Shown: piece after piece, positions 30,398 to 40,500 of the stretch
Numbering within the stretch: the stretch's first letter is position 1
Layout of the letters: each line of letters starts with the position of its first letter
Position numbers and translations under genes: made by a program
Assembly: GCA_963665235.2 (NCBI GenBank)
Contig: CAXXLX010000001.1
Location: 3,936,001-4,000,000 of the forward strand
Source: Candidatus Poribacteria bacterium
GTDB taxonomy: Bacteria; Poribacteria; WGA-4E; WGA-3G
Reading direction: 5' to 3'
DNA: 64,000 nucleotides
The notes under the pieces: model-generated
Told to the model about the DNA's origin: nothing
Seen by the model: only the letters and a program-made list of their open reading frames with translations
Database searches by the model: none

Positions 30398-33300
30398 CTA
30401 TTCCGATTTCAGGGTTGATAAGAGTGGCCCTCGGAGTGCCACCGCAACCGCAATTACGTTTGCAATTATACCAAAGATAAAGATAGAAAGCAAGGTAATT
30501 GTGAGCGAAACCCATGGGAAAAGTGGAAGGTGTCCCTGAAAAACGATTATTGAAACGAGTCCGGCGACAGTTCCAATAAGCATCCCGACTGTGAGTAGAA
30601 AACTGTTTTCAATAAATAACGTTCGCGAGAGAAGTTTGCGGCGGAAGCCGAAGGCGCGAAGGGTTGCCAATTCACCGCGCCGCTCAATCACATTTCTGAA
30701 CAGCACAAGTGCCAGTCCGATGGTGCCCAGCAGCACACCTAACCCCCCGAGGCTTTGGAAAGTAGAAATATAGGTATTTTCAACCGCGCGATAGCTTGCC
30801 AATTGTGTGGTTGCCAATGTAACATCAAATCCGTAATCGCTTAATGTTTTTTCTAACGTTTGCTCTGTCGCTGCTATCAGTTCAGGCGGTGTTTTGATAA
30901 GAAAATACTGATACCCGCTCTGACTCGGAAAGGACTGTGTGAAATCCGATTCTGAGATAATCAGCTGGCTTTGGAAAAGACTGTTCTCAAACGTGTGAAG
31001 GGCAATATTAAGGGGTTTTCCAAATTCATCTTGGATAACAAAATCATCGGCGGGGTTATGGTGCAAAATCCACTGGAGCGATTTTGCATCTCCGATGCCT
31101 ATAATCGTGTTGCTACGGAACGTCTCTAATTGTAGAACATCCCAAGGCTCATCTTTCAGGGCCGCGTCGGAGACCCCTAAAATTTGCGGAGTCTGCGGTT
31201 GATAAAGATTGAGGCAACTCACATCCTCTCCGGGCAGCACGCGAAACGGCACGACCTCTGATGCGCTGAGTAGTTGCGCGGCTTCTTCCGAAAAACCGAG
31301 TTCAAATTTCCCATCTGCTGTTTCAAGGCTGTGATATAAAGGGAGTGCCGATTCTGCGACAAACGTGTATGCCGTTTCAGGCGGGGCATCATGCCGATTC
31401 GCACCTACCGCAACTATGATACAGCATGCCAGGCTCATCGTCACGACACAGGTTTTACTACGACTCGGGTGCCGGGCGGTGTTTTTCATCGCAAATCTGA
31501 ACCGACTCAAGCGGTGCGGCACCGTTTGCAAATCTAACCAAGAATCAAACACGGTCCAGCCGATAGCCAGAATAGTGACCGTGGTGCCCAGCAGTTTAAA
31601 AATCGGATGTTCTAACACCATTGCAAGTCTCTTAATAAAAACCGAGTCTCCAATACCTGTGAAACCTACGAGGATGCCGATAATGAGTCCGAGCCCAACC
31701 TTCCAAACGACTAATGAATGCGGGTTTCGGCGTTTAGGTCTCGGCAGAGCGGGCTCCGCTTCGAAAATTGATTTTATTGACCGCTTTCCAAGTCTACGAT
31801 AGGTGGCGATGAAGACGGTCGCGAGTAGCAGGAGAGATATGATTAGTGAGGGTATCAAAGCACTTCGAGTATCCTGCTGGAGATAATACCCTATTATTAC
31901 ACCGAACAGAAGACCGATACAGAGGTACACTGCCCATCCGATTAATGGATTTACACGTTGTATCTTGAATTTTTGGGGGGATTCAGCAAAATCGCTCTGT
32001 CCAGCGAGCAGCGCAGCGGTCGAGGTTTTCCCTAATTTGCGAACCATGAGCCAAATAGAAACCGTAACGACCGCTAGGGTAACAAGTACTCCGATAAGTA
32101 GACTCCGGCTGTGTATATGAAATTCTAGAAACGGCGTGCCGATAGCGGGCAACCACCACGTCTGCAAACCTACAAGCATGAGCTGCGCGTACGCAAACGC
32201 GAATAGGCATCCGAGAAGACTCCCTAGACTGGCGATGCTAATCCCCTCATAGAGAAAACGGCGGCGGATTTTGGCGAGTGGATAGCCAACCGCTTGTAGA
32301 ATGCCTATTTCCCGGGAACGTTGTTCAACACCGATACGGAAAAGCATTGCGACTAACACGGCTACCGCGATAATAATGAACCCGCTCAGGCTGCCAAACA
32401 GCATGCCGAAGTCTGTCGCGCCTTTTGACGCTTGAAGTCCATCGGCTCGAAGGGGCACAAACTGAAACCCCACCTGTTCCGGCTGAATTTTTTTGAGAAG
32501 TTCGGTTTCGAACAGCGCGCGGGTCTTCTGGATATCGCTCCCTGGCGCGATGCCTATCCGAATAGCGGTGATGTCGCCAAAACGGTTTCGCCAGAGCCGT
32601 CTACCGGTTTCCAGGGCGATAAATGCCTTCGGCGTTGCCGCATAGTCGTCCCAATATGTCTCGTCCTGCTCGCGAATCAGCGTATAATCAAGAGGGAAGG
32701 GGGGATTCCAATCGAATATATCGGTTGTGTCGTGGATACCCGGAAATTCGGGGATAAGGTCTCTGTCCGCAGCGATGCCTTGGATAGGTGTCCTGTGTTT
32801 CAGACGAAACTGTCGCGTTTCGGTGATATATTGCTCCTTTGCGTCAACACGGTAGTAGGTGATACCGATGTTATCTCCGATTTTTACGCCGAGCTCATCT
32901 GCTGTCCACGTATTTAGGATAATTTCATCGGTCGCGAGGGTAACGCCAAATTCGTTTTTATCAATCGGCAGTGCCATAATTGTAGAATACGGTACCGTCT
33001 TGTCGTTAGCCGTTATAGTATTTGCAAGGTAGGTCAGAGTTGGCATGGCAGCGATACGGTTTTCAGCGGCAACCTCCCACGCCTGTTTTGCCAACTGCGG
33101 TTTGAGAAGATAGTTGCGGCTTTGCACATCGAAGTGATTTTCCTGCTCCAGAATTTTTAATCCGAGCGCTTCTAGCGTGAGTGTCAGCATGTCCGATGAG
33201 ATTGGGGTTGTATCCGGTGTGAAAAGGACATTGACTTTGCCAGCCTGTCCGATTGCCTTTTGCAAAATAGGGAGTTCGATGTACGCGTTCAGCGGAACGT

Positions 33301-33889
33301 TTTGATGTGGACGCAGGCTGAATCTGCCTGCATTCCGTGTCGGAATAATATCACTGACGATTAAACGGAGTTCTTGGATGACCTCAGATGCCTCACGTTG
33401 CCCTAGCAGGAATTCAGGGTGTATATCAACCGCCTGTGGAAAATTAACCACAATTTGTGCGCCAACCGCAACGTTCAGTTCATTTTGGAGTGCCTCGTTA
33501 ATGACAATAGCGTTGAAGGGCTGGTCCGGGGGTTTATTAAAATTGGGGGTGGGCTCCGTTTCCCAGAGGCTGAAGAAGCTATCAGCTACGCCATAGATGT
33601 TAACCTTTGTCGCGCGGGTTTGCGTTGTCGGTGCGACAGCTGTTCCACTAATCAGAATAGCTGGCACCAGGTTTTCTCCATTTAGCAGCTCCGGCTGAAA
33701 AAAGTGGTCCGCGATGAGTGCATGTTGAATTGTGCCGAGTCGCTCTAACGTCAGGTTACGGAGACTTCCGCGTAACGAATCGCCAACGAGCAGGGCACCA
33801 GCGAGCACGCCGGTTGCGACTGCTGTGCAAAGGGCAACAGTGAGATGAATTTGCCAAAAATGTTTGTAGGATGCCCAAAATCTGCGCAT
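30398..33889 (-). CDS. FtsX/MacB-family ABC transporter permease (duplicated architecture)
   Basis: EQRSREIGILQAVGY and ERRGELATLRAFGF motifs; multiple TM helices with two periplasmic domains. Confidence 0.9.
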   Translation of the reverse strand: MRRFWASYKHFWQIHLTVALCTAVATGVLAGALLVGDSLRGSLRNLTLERLGTIQHALIADHFFQPELLNGENLVPAILISGTAVAPTTQTRATKVNIYGVADSFFSLWETEPTPNFNKPPDQPFNAIVINEALQNELNVAVGAQIVVNFPQAVDIHPEFLLGQREASEVIQELRLIVSDIIPTRNAGRFSLRPHQNVPLNAYIELPILQKAIGQAGKVNVLFTPDTTPISSDMLTLTLEALGLKILEQENHFDVQSRNYLLKPQLAKQAWEVAAENRIAAMPTLTYLANTITANDKTVPYSTIMALPIDKNEFGVTLATDEIILNTWTADELGVKIGDNIGITYYRVDAKEQYITETRQFRLKHRTPIQGIAADRDLIPEFPGIHDTTDIFDWNPPFPLDYTLIREQDETYWDDYAATPKAFIALETGRRLWRNRFGDITAIRIGIAPGSDIQKTRALFETELLKKIQPEQVGFQFVPLRADGLQASKGATDFGMLFGSLSGFIIIAVAVLVAMLFRIGVEQRSREIGILQAVGYPLAKIRRRFLYEGISIASLGSLLGCLFAFAYAQLMLVGLQTWWLPAIGTPFLEFHIHSRSLLIGVLVTLAVVTVSIWLMVRKLGKTSTAALLAGQSDFAESPQKFKIQRVNPLIGWAVYLCIGLLFGVIIGYYLQQDTRSALIPSLIISLLLLATVFIATYRRLGKRSIKSIFEAEPALPRPKRRNPHSLVVWKVGLGLIIGILVGFTGIGDSVFIKRLAMVLEHPIFKLLGTTVTILAIGWTVFDSWLDLQTVPHRLSRFRFAMKNTARHPSRSKTCVVTMSLACCIIVAVGANRHDAPPETAYTFVAESALPLYHSLETADGKFELGFSEEAAQLLSASEVVPFRVLPGEDVSCLNLYQPQTPQILGVSDAALKDEPWDVLQLETFRSNTIIGIGDAKSLQWILHHNPADDFVIQDEFGKPLNIALHTFENSLFQSQLIISESDFTQSFPSQSGYQYFLIKTPPELIAATEQTLEKTLSDYGFDVTLATTQLASYRAVENTYISTFQSLGGLGVLLGTIGLALVLFRNVIERRGELATLRAFGFRRKLLSRTLFIENSFLLTVGMLIGTVAGLVSIIVFQGHLPLFPWVSLTITLLSIFIFGIIANVIAVAVALRGPLLSTLKSE

Positions 33890-33902
33890 AATTGTTGTGT
33901 AG

Positions 33903-34607
33903 CTACGCCTTTAAAATCCCATCGGCGAGTTTAAGATGATTCTGAAACCGCGCGGCAAGTTCAAGATTGTGGGTCACGACGATTAAGATATTCTGTTCCG
34001 TGCTGTGGAGGTCAAAGAGCAGATTAGTAATTGTGTCAGCGGTAACGGTATCTAGATTGCCGGTGGGTTCATCACAGAGCAGAATGCTGGGGTGATTGAT
34101 TAGCGCGCGTGCAATAGCAACCCGCTGTCGCTCGCCGCCGGAGAGTTCTGCAGGTCGATGCGACATGCGGTCGGTTAACCCAACCCGTTGGAGAAGTTCA
34201 CGTGCCCGTTGTGTCGGATTTGTAGGGAGGGGTGTCCGCGTCCCGGTCGGTGCAGGTTTTTTAAAGGCGAGTGTCGGAATTAGCACATTTTCCAGCACGG
34301 AATACTGTGGCAGTAGATAGTGCTCCTGAAACACAAATCCGAGCACGGCGTTCCTATACCGGGCAAGTTCCGGTTCCGATAGCACAAACGGGTCGGTATT
34401 GTTAATTTCAACGTGTCCGCGGGAGGGTGCCTCTAAGGTGCCGATGATATGGAGAAGTGTGCTTTTTCCCGAACCGGAGGGGCCGGTAATGGCTACGGAC
34501 GCGCCTGCGTTGAACGTGAACGAGACATTTTTCAACACCTGGATTGCACCGAAATCCTTGTAAACATTAGAGACTTTCAGTTGAAGAGCGTCACTATTTT
34601 TTTGCAT
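33903..34607 (-). CDS. LolD/MacB-like ABC transporter ATP-binding protein
   Basis: Motifs GPSGSGKST, LSGGERQRVAIARAL and DEPTGNLD. Confidence 0.93.
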   Translation of the reverse strand: MQKNSDALQLKVSNVYKDFGAIQVLKNVSFTFNAGASVAITGPSGSGKSTLLHIIGTLEAPSRGHVEINNTDPFVLSEPELARYRNAVLGFVFQEHYLLPQYSVLENVLIPTLAFKKPAPTGTRTPLPTNPTQRARELLQRVGLTDRMSHRPAELSGGERQRVAIARALINHPSILLCDEPTGNLDTVTADTITNLLFDLHSTEQNILIVVTHNLELAARFQNHLKLADGILKA

Positions 34608-34622
34608 GAGCGCGAAATGAGT

Positions 34623-35036
34623 TTACTCGGCAGAGATTTGATTGGCAATAAAATCGGGGATAGGGATAGCGCGTATCTTTTCACAAGGGTTGACGATGCA
34701 ACAGACCGTTGTGATTTCGCCACGCGCTATCTCCTCTCCCTGATGTGTAAAATGAAACTGATAGGTAAGCGACTTCGTCCCTTTTTTAGAGACAGACAGG
34801 TGGATATCCACCTCATCTTCAAACCGTAGTGGGTGTAGATATTCACACGAAGCGGCAATGCGGGGCCATCCGATTTTGTCACCGTTCCATTCGGTGGCCA
34901 CGCTGGTGCCGAGGCTTCGTAAAAATTCATGCTCGGCTGTTTCCATAAAGACGAAAAATCGGCTAAAATGGACAATACCCGCCATATCGGTATCCACGAA
35001 CTCAATTTTTCGTTTAGTTCGGTATTCAGTGTGCAT
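34623..35036 (-). CDS. Acyl-CoA thioesterase (4HBT/YbgC-like)
   Basis: FVDTDMAGIVHFSRFF motif. Confidence 0.88.
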   Translation of the reverse strand: MHTEYRTKRKIEFVDTDMAGIVHFSRFFVFMETAEHEFLRSLGTSVATEWNGDKIGWPRIAASCEYLHPLRFEDEVDIHLSVSKKGTKSLTYQFHFTHQGEEIARGEITTVCCIVNPCEKIRAIPIPDFIANQISAE

Positions 35037-35114
35037 GCCTGTTAGCCGCCTTTAGGAACAACCAAAATTCCGTATTAAGTTAATGAATACACGCGTTGTT
35101 TCCCGCGGGCAGTG

Positions 35115-36542
35115 CTACATTCTTGGATAGTCTGGGACATCCTCGTAGCGTTGCCATGTTTCGGAAAAGATTCGCCAGTAACCATCCGCGGGGTCAATCA
35201 TTAACATGAGTTTTTTCGTGCCGATGTCGTTGTAAGCGGGCCGAGTTCCGGATGCAGGTGTTCCTTTGAAGGTCTGTATGAATTCCGCATCTGCGACGGC
35301 AGTATCGCCGTTAATCTGCAAGTTGGAAATTGTTACATCAATTTTTCCGTAGACGTTATTCAGTTTCTGCATCTTTGCTCGGAGCTGCTTCTTTGTAAGA
35401 TTGACAGAGCTTTGCTTCTTTCCGTCGCGCACGTTGACCCGTGTCACTTGAGCACGGTCTGCGTATATGGACATATAGGTTTCGAGTTCCTTATCTTCCC
35501 AGGCGCGGCGCCATTTCTCCAAAATCTGTCTGACCTTGAGTTGTGTATCAATAGGGGCGTTGCCATCGAAGGTGCCAGCGGAAGATTCACCGGAGACTGT
35601 ATCAGCTCCGGGCTGTTCATCTTGTGGGACATTTTGCAGCTGCGATATAGACGTTCCGAGCTCGTCGTTAATCAGTTTCCAGTTGCGTCTGAAAAACCCT
35701 TTCTTTTCAATGGTAAGGGTGCGGGTGTGGCTATCAATGACCATTCCATCGCTAGACAACGTTACGTTGATATTATCAACGGTGTATCTATTTTTTGAGC
35801 GTGGTACTTTGCTATAGATAGCTTGTGTTAGGTCAACCTGTGCTTCCTGTGATACTTGAGCGAGGGCGAGTTGGAAATTACTTTTCTGTTTTTTCCGGGC
35901 GGATTTATCCCAGAGGTCGGTATACCTCTTCTCGTCTTGTGCTTCAAGTGCCTTTTTCCATTCTAGGACGAGCGGTGCGACTGGACTGTCCGGTTGTGAA
36001 ACATCAGCAGTTTGCGTTTCCGTTGGTGTTTCCGACTCGAAGGTGGTCCCCGGTGGTGCAAGCTCTTCGCTAACTACCTCATCTCTGAGTAGTTTCCACC
36101 GCTGCTGAATGAGTCCTTTCTTTTGAATGGTGAGGTTCCGGGACTGGAGTCTTGGTTCCCCGGGTATGTATACAAGGGTCGGGATTCCTTCAATTTGTAG
36201 CTGGTTAGGGTCCCGAAAGTTTTTGCGAATGTTGTCTTCAGCGTACCGGATATCGACTTCGATGCGGTATTTGTCTTGGAGGAGCTGCGCTGTTGGCGTG
36301 TATCCTGCATCTGCTTGTTTTCGTGCGCTGCCAATCCAAAGTGCCTTATATTTTTTGAGTTCGCCGGACTCAAGTGCGCTTTTCCATTTAGACAAAAACG
36401 CGACAGGTTTTTCACTAGAGCTCATAAGCATGAGGCCACAGATGATTAAGATGACGATTACCGCTGCGAGTCCGCCCCATTTTAGTGCAGGTGGCAAAGC
36501 GGTTAGAAAGTTTCGCTGTGGCATGTTTTGAGGATTGTTCAT
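35115..36542 (-). CDS. Membrane-anchored protein with three NTF2/SnoaL-like repeats
   Basis: N-terminal TM helix; three units begin with W-(K/R)-x-A-(L/W)-E and end with WKL or WRI. Confidence 0.7.
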   Translation of the reverse strand: MNNPQNMPQRNFLTALPPALKWGGLAAVIVILIICGLMLMSSSEKPVAFLSKWKSALESGELKKYKALWIGSARKQADAGYTPTAQLLQDKYRIEVDIRYAEDNIRKNFRDPNQLQIEGIPTLVYIPGEPRLQSRNLTIQKKGLIQQRWKLLRDEVVSEELAPPGTTFESETPTETQTADVSQPDSPVAPLVLEWKKALEAQDEKRYTDLWDKSARKKQKSNFQLALAQVSQEAQVDLTQAIYSKVPRSKNRYTVDNINVTLSSDGMVIDSHTRTLTIEKKGFFRRNWKLINDELGTSISQLQNVPQDEQPGADTVSGESSAGTFDGNAPIDTQLKVRQILEKWRRAWEDKELETYMSIYADRAQVTRVNVRDGKKQSSVNLTKKQLRAKMQKLNNVYGKIDVTISNLQINGDTAVADAEFIQTFKGTPASGTRPAYNDIGTKKLMLMIDPADGYWRIFSETWQRYEDVPDYPRM

Positions 36543-36554
36543 CAGCTTACCTCC

Positions 36555-37919
36555 TTAAAAATCTGGAACATTTTCGTAGATTTGCCAGATTTCGCGATAG
36601 ATTTTCCATTTTCCCTGAACTTGATGCGCCCAGATTTCGCGAATCCAAATGTTGTATAAATCGGTTTCGTCTTCGGTTTCAGCAGCAGCAGCGAGTCGGC
36701 TGAACCTGTATCGTCCGATAACACTTTCCTGTTCAACTTCGGAGTCAGCCCGTGTTTTCCGCCAGGGGTGCGCGTTCATTGTGCGTATGGCAGATTCGAG
36801 CTGGTTCCGGTCGAGCGTGCTACGATTCTCCTTACTCTCACGGGTCAAAATTTTTGTGGTAGTGACATTTGGGGCATAGTATGCGAGATGCGCGTTAAGA
36901 TTCTTGGCATTCCATGCCTTCTCCCATCCGCTAAGTGCTGCTTTGCCAGCAGTGATTTGTGCGGTGGAGAGGGATGTTCTGCCAGTGCGTTTTGGCTTAT
37001 AATTTTCTTGACTTTTTACGAATGCGCGGGCTTCTTCCGCTGATTTCTTGATAAATTCATCATGTTCCGCGGAGGTGCTGCGCTTGTTCGCCTGTGCAAG
37101 TTTAGCCGTATAGATTTTCGCCTGATCTTGCATCTGCTTTTCCTTATCACGTACCTGCTGTTTGAAAACTTCAGCTTCAGCGATAGCGACACGTTTCTGT
37201 CGGCTTTCCGCTTTTACCATGGATTCGGCAACTTCAAGTTTTTGGGCGAGCTGCTTTATTTCAACGCCGTAGGTGCGGAGCTCGGCTTCAGCCTTTTTGC
37301 TTTGGGCTTGAAGGGCTTCTACAGTGTTATTGAGTGCTGCCACCTTTTCGCCGTAAGCTTTTCGGGTATCGCTCAGTTCAAGCTTCTCCTTTTCAAGCGT
37401 ACGCATATTTTCTCGGAGAGCTCTTTCGCTATCTTGGAGGTTTTGAACCTGCTTTTCGAGGGCGGTATATACTGTTTGCTTCTCTTTAAGGCTTTCGCGG
37501 AGTTCGCTGACCCGTTCATCCTTTTCGAGAAGTTTTGCGTTGAGTTCAGCATTCAGGGCGTTGTGCTCAGCTTTTCGCTGTGCAATTTTTGCTTGCGTAA
37601 GGGCTTGGTAAGCAAACAGCATTGCGTCATTACCGTTTTTCTCTGCTAACGCGGCTTTTGCTTTTTCAAGCTCCGCTTCGGCTTGCTCAAATTCTTCAAA
37701 AGCAAGTGAGGGGGCGTTAGCGGTACGAGCCGAGGCTATTGCCGCCTCCGCCTCTATCATGACTGTGTCGACTGTTTGGGGTTCAACTTTACCGAGTTTT
37801 CCACTACACGCAGCAAGAAACATCGGCAGAAGCAATAAACCAGCAAGAACAACTTTGTGAGAAAGTTGATTGAACTTGACAAAGACTTTTCGGTGTATGG
37901 GGATGCAGACTTGTTTCAT
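36555..37919 (-). CDS. Lipoprotein with DUF4398-like helices, long coiled coil and C-terminal NTF2-like domain
   Basis: Lipobox LAAC, AEAAIASARTANAP...AEAELEKAKAAL, heptad-rich middle, then WEKAWNAKNLNAHLAYY...WKIYRE. Confidence 0.7.
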   Translation of the reverse strand: MKQVCIPIHRKVFVKFNQLSHKVVLAGLLLLPMFLAACSGKLGKVEPQTVDTVMIEAEAAIASARTANAPSLAFEEFEQAEAELEKAKAALAEKNGNDAMLFAYQALTQAKIAQRKAEHNALNAELNAKLLEKDERVSELRESLKEKQTVYTALEKQVQNLQDSERALRENMRTLEKEKLELSDTRKAYGEKVAALNNTVEALQAQSKKAEAELRTYGVEIKQLAQKLEVAESMVKAESRQKRVAIAEAEVFKQQVRDKEKQMQDQAKIYTAKLAQANKRSTSAEHDEFIKKSAEEARAFVKSQENYKPKRTGRTSLSTAQITAGKAALSGWEKAWNAKNLNAHLAYYAPNVTTTKILTRESKENRSTLDRNQLESAIRTMNAHPWRKTRADSEVEQESVIGRYRFSRLAAAAETEDETDLYNIWIREIWAHQVQGKWKIYREIWQIYENVPDF

Positions 37920-38215
37920 TTTTAGGCTCCTTTATTTTAATTTAGCGCGTTGGCGAATAGCAATTTGCCAATTAGCAGTTAGCAAGAGGTCAGATTACAG
38001 ATAGGTTTCTAATGCGCTTCACATACCTCTTTCTCTTGCTAACGATTTCCAAAAGCCATTACCGGATTTCACTTCGTTTAACCCGGTCTACAAGGACAGC
38101 TAAGTAGCAACTTGATTTACAATATATGTTCGTTGAATTGAAAGTTAGTTTTTAAACCCAATTTGTAGGGATGCTTAGAGCTCGCTTTGACATCCTGCGT
38201 CAGCGCGAGCATAGT

Positions 38216-38689
38216 CTAATTCGCTCCGGAGATAAGGAGCGGAAGTTCTCGGAAAAGGTAACGTTGATTTCTCATATATAGGGTGAGTGTATTGCGACTT
38301 TGGGACACGGCAAGCACGATGTGTCCTGTCTCTTTAGCAAACTTATCTGCCGTCCGGTGGCGTAAACCTGTCTCTTTAGAGAAAATAGATGGATTCACCC
38401 GTAACGTGACATTAGCTCGTGCAATCCGTTTCATATCAGCAGAAAGGATAATCGCACCATCCATTTTTGCCAATTCCGCCAATCGCATCGGCGTATATTG
38501 ACAATTTATCTGGAAGCCGCCCTCTGTCAAATCTAGGATATCCGGTGTATCCCCAACCACTATTAAGCCGCCCGTGTTACCTTGGATAATGTAATCAATC
38601 CCTTCTCTGAGAGAAGTGCCTGGTGATAGCAGTTGCAAAGTTGCAACGAGTTCCCGTTCCTTCTGATTTTCTGTAGGGATTCTTTGCAT
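38216..38689 (-). pseudogene. disA: Truncated DisA: diadenylate cyclase domain only
   Basis: PGTSLREG, ELAKMDGAIIL and ETGLRHRTA are present. It stops at LISGAN-TAG where DisA continues ANQ...; the linker and HhH domains are absent. Confidence 0.8.
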
Positions 38690-39398
38690 TATCCTCACCT
38701 CCCTTGTATATAGTATACCATGTCTAACGTGCGGTGTCAAGGTTAATTTTCATGAACGCCGTGTCGTTCAACCCGCTCCATGGTTTTCACAATTTTCCAA
38801 CACGTCTCGGACGTATCAGATGAAATTTCTAAAATTCGTTTGACTTTACACCCAAATAAGGGTATAATATATAGAGCAATTAGCGATTGGCGATTGGCAA
38901 TTAGCAAGAAATATAAGAAAGAGAACACTTCCTCTTCTCTTTGTTTCTTCCTCTTGCTATTGGTTTCCAATAGTTTCCATAAGTTTCCAATGGCCAGCGA
39001 AGCCATAGGTTTCCAACAGCTATTGTCGGATTGGACTTCGTTCAACCCGACGGACAAGGACAGCTAAGTAGCAACTTGAGTTAATATAGTTAGCTGATTA
39101 ACCCGCCTGCCCTCTTATCAGGGGGGAGCCGGGGCGTTTTCATCGGTAATTTCAAATTTCGGTAAAAGTCTTCAGTTCAGTACTGTAACGCTTGAAAACC
39201 GATTAAAGAAACAATTAATTGAATTTTATCAAGTATACGTCTTGGCGGAGGGTGTGTAAAGTTTTTGTACTATGATAGAGGGAAGGGTGGAAGCGTGAAT
39301 TTCGGGTGTGTTGTCTGAATCGCGGATTTATCGGATTTCGCGGATTTTAAGATGCGTAGCAATAGAAGGTTTGTGATTATGAGCTAGGGTGTTGTGTT

Positions 39399-39636
39399 TT
39401 CTATAAATATACCGCCCCGCTGGGGCTAGATTGTCTGGCACTCGTGCTTCTATAAACATACCGCCCCGCTGGGGCTAGATTGTGTTGTGTTGTTGTGTTT
39501 TCTATAAATATACCGCCCCGCTGGGGCTAGATTGTCTGGCACTCGTGCTTCTATAAACATACCGCCCCGCTGGGGCTAGATTGTGTTGTGTTGTTGTGTT
39601 TTCTATAAATATACCGCCCCGCTGGGGCTAGATTGT
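39399..39636 (+). repeat. Five REP-like units with two alternating linkers
   Basis: TTCTATAAA(T/C)ATACCGCCCCGCTGGGGCTAGATTGT repeated five times. Confidence 0.9.
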
Positions 39637-39672
39637 CTGGCGTTCACATTAAACATGTCGCCCCGATACCGC

Positions 39673-40336
39673 TAGTCCCGTAGGGACGATATATTTATAG
39701 AAGCAGATGTTTCAACAACCCATAGTCCCGTAGGGACGATATATTTATAGAAGCAGATGTTTCAACAACCCATAGTCCCGTAGGGACGATAGATTTATAG
39801 AAGGCACATAGTCCCGTGACGATTCTTTATAAAGCATACCCATAGTCCCGTAGGGACGATATATTTATAGAAGCAGATGTTTCTACAACCCATAGTCCCG
39901 TAGGGACGATATCTTTATAGAAGCAGATGTTTCCATAACCCCTTCCCGTAGGGACGATATCTTTATAGAAGCAGATGTTTCCATACCCCTAGTCCCGTAG
40001 GGACGATATATTTATAGAAGCAGATGTTTCAACAACCCATAGTCCCGTAGGGACGATATATTTATAGAAGCAGATGTTTCAACAACCCATAGTCCCGTAG
40101 GGACGATATATTTATAGAAGCAGATGTTTCAACAACCCATAGTCCCGTAGGGACGATATATTTATAGAAGCAGATCAACAACCCATTTAGGAATTTCGAC
40201 AACCCCATAGTCCCGTAGGGACGATATATTTATAGAAGCAGATGTTTCAACAACCCATAGTCCCGTAGGGACGATATATTTATAGAAGCAGATGTTTCAA
40301 CAACCCATAGTCCCGTAGGGACGATATATTTATAGA
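39673..40336 (-). repeat. About 14 tandem 50-bp REP-like units
   Basis: Unit TAGTCCCGTAGGGACGATATATTTATAGAAGCAGATGTTTCAACAACCCA, with some degenerate copies. Confidence 0.92.
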
Positions 40337-40500
40337 GATTAGTGAAAACGGACATTTATTTTCAAACTCACGTTTAAGTACAAAAATTTTACACACCCTA
40401 TACGTCAGTTATATTTGACTTAATAAGGTGAACTTTGGTATAATAAATTGCAATACACCAGACCAAACTTATTTGCTATTTGTAAAGGTGACAACTATGA

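Larger units (their letters stand above)
39249..40399. mobile_element. Non-coding composite element with 23-bp terminal inverted repeats enclosing two opposed REP-like arrays
   Basis: AGGGTGTGTAAAGTTTTTGTACT at 39249-39271 versus AGTACAAAAATTTTACACACCCT at 40377-40399, one mismatch. Confidence 0.65.

Noticed and set aside
29972-30515. Repetitive ORFs (MLQESAQTGSLCY...)
   Set aside because: Translation artefacts of the 32-bp tandem repeat.
39399-40336. CRISPR array
   Set aside because: The sequences between the palindromes are identical or alternate between two variants rather than being unique spacers. The same unit is dispersed at 25.8-26.6 kb, and there are no cas genes in the window.
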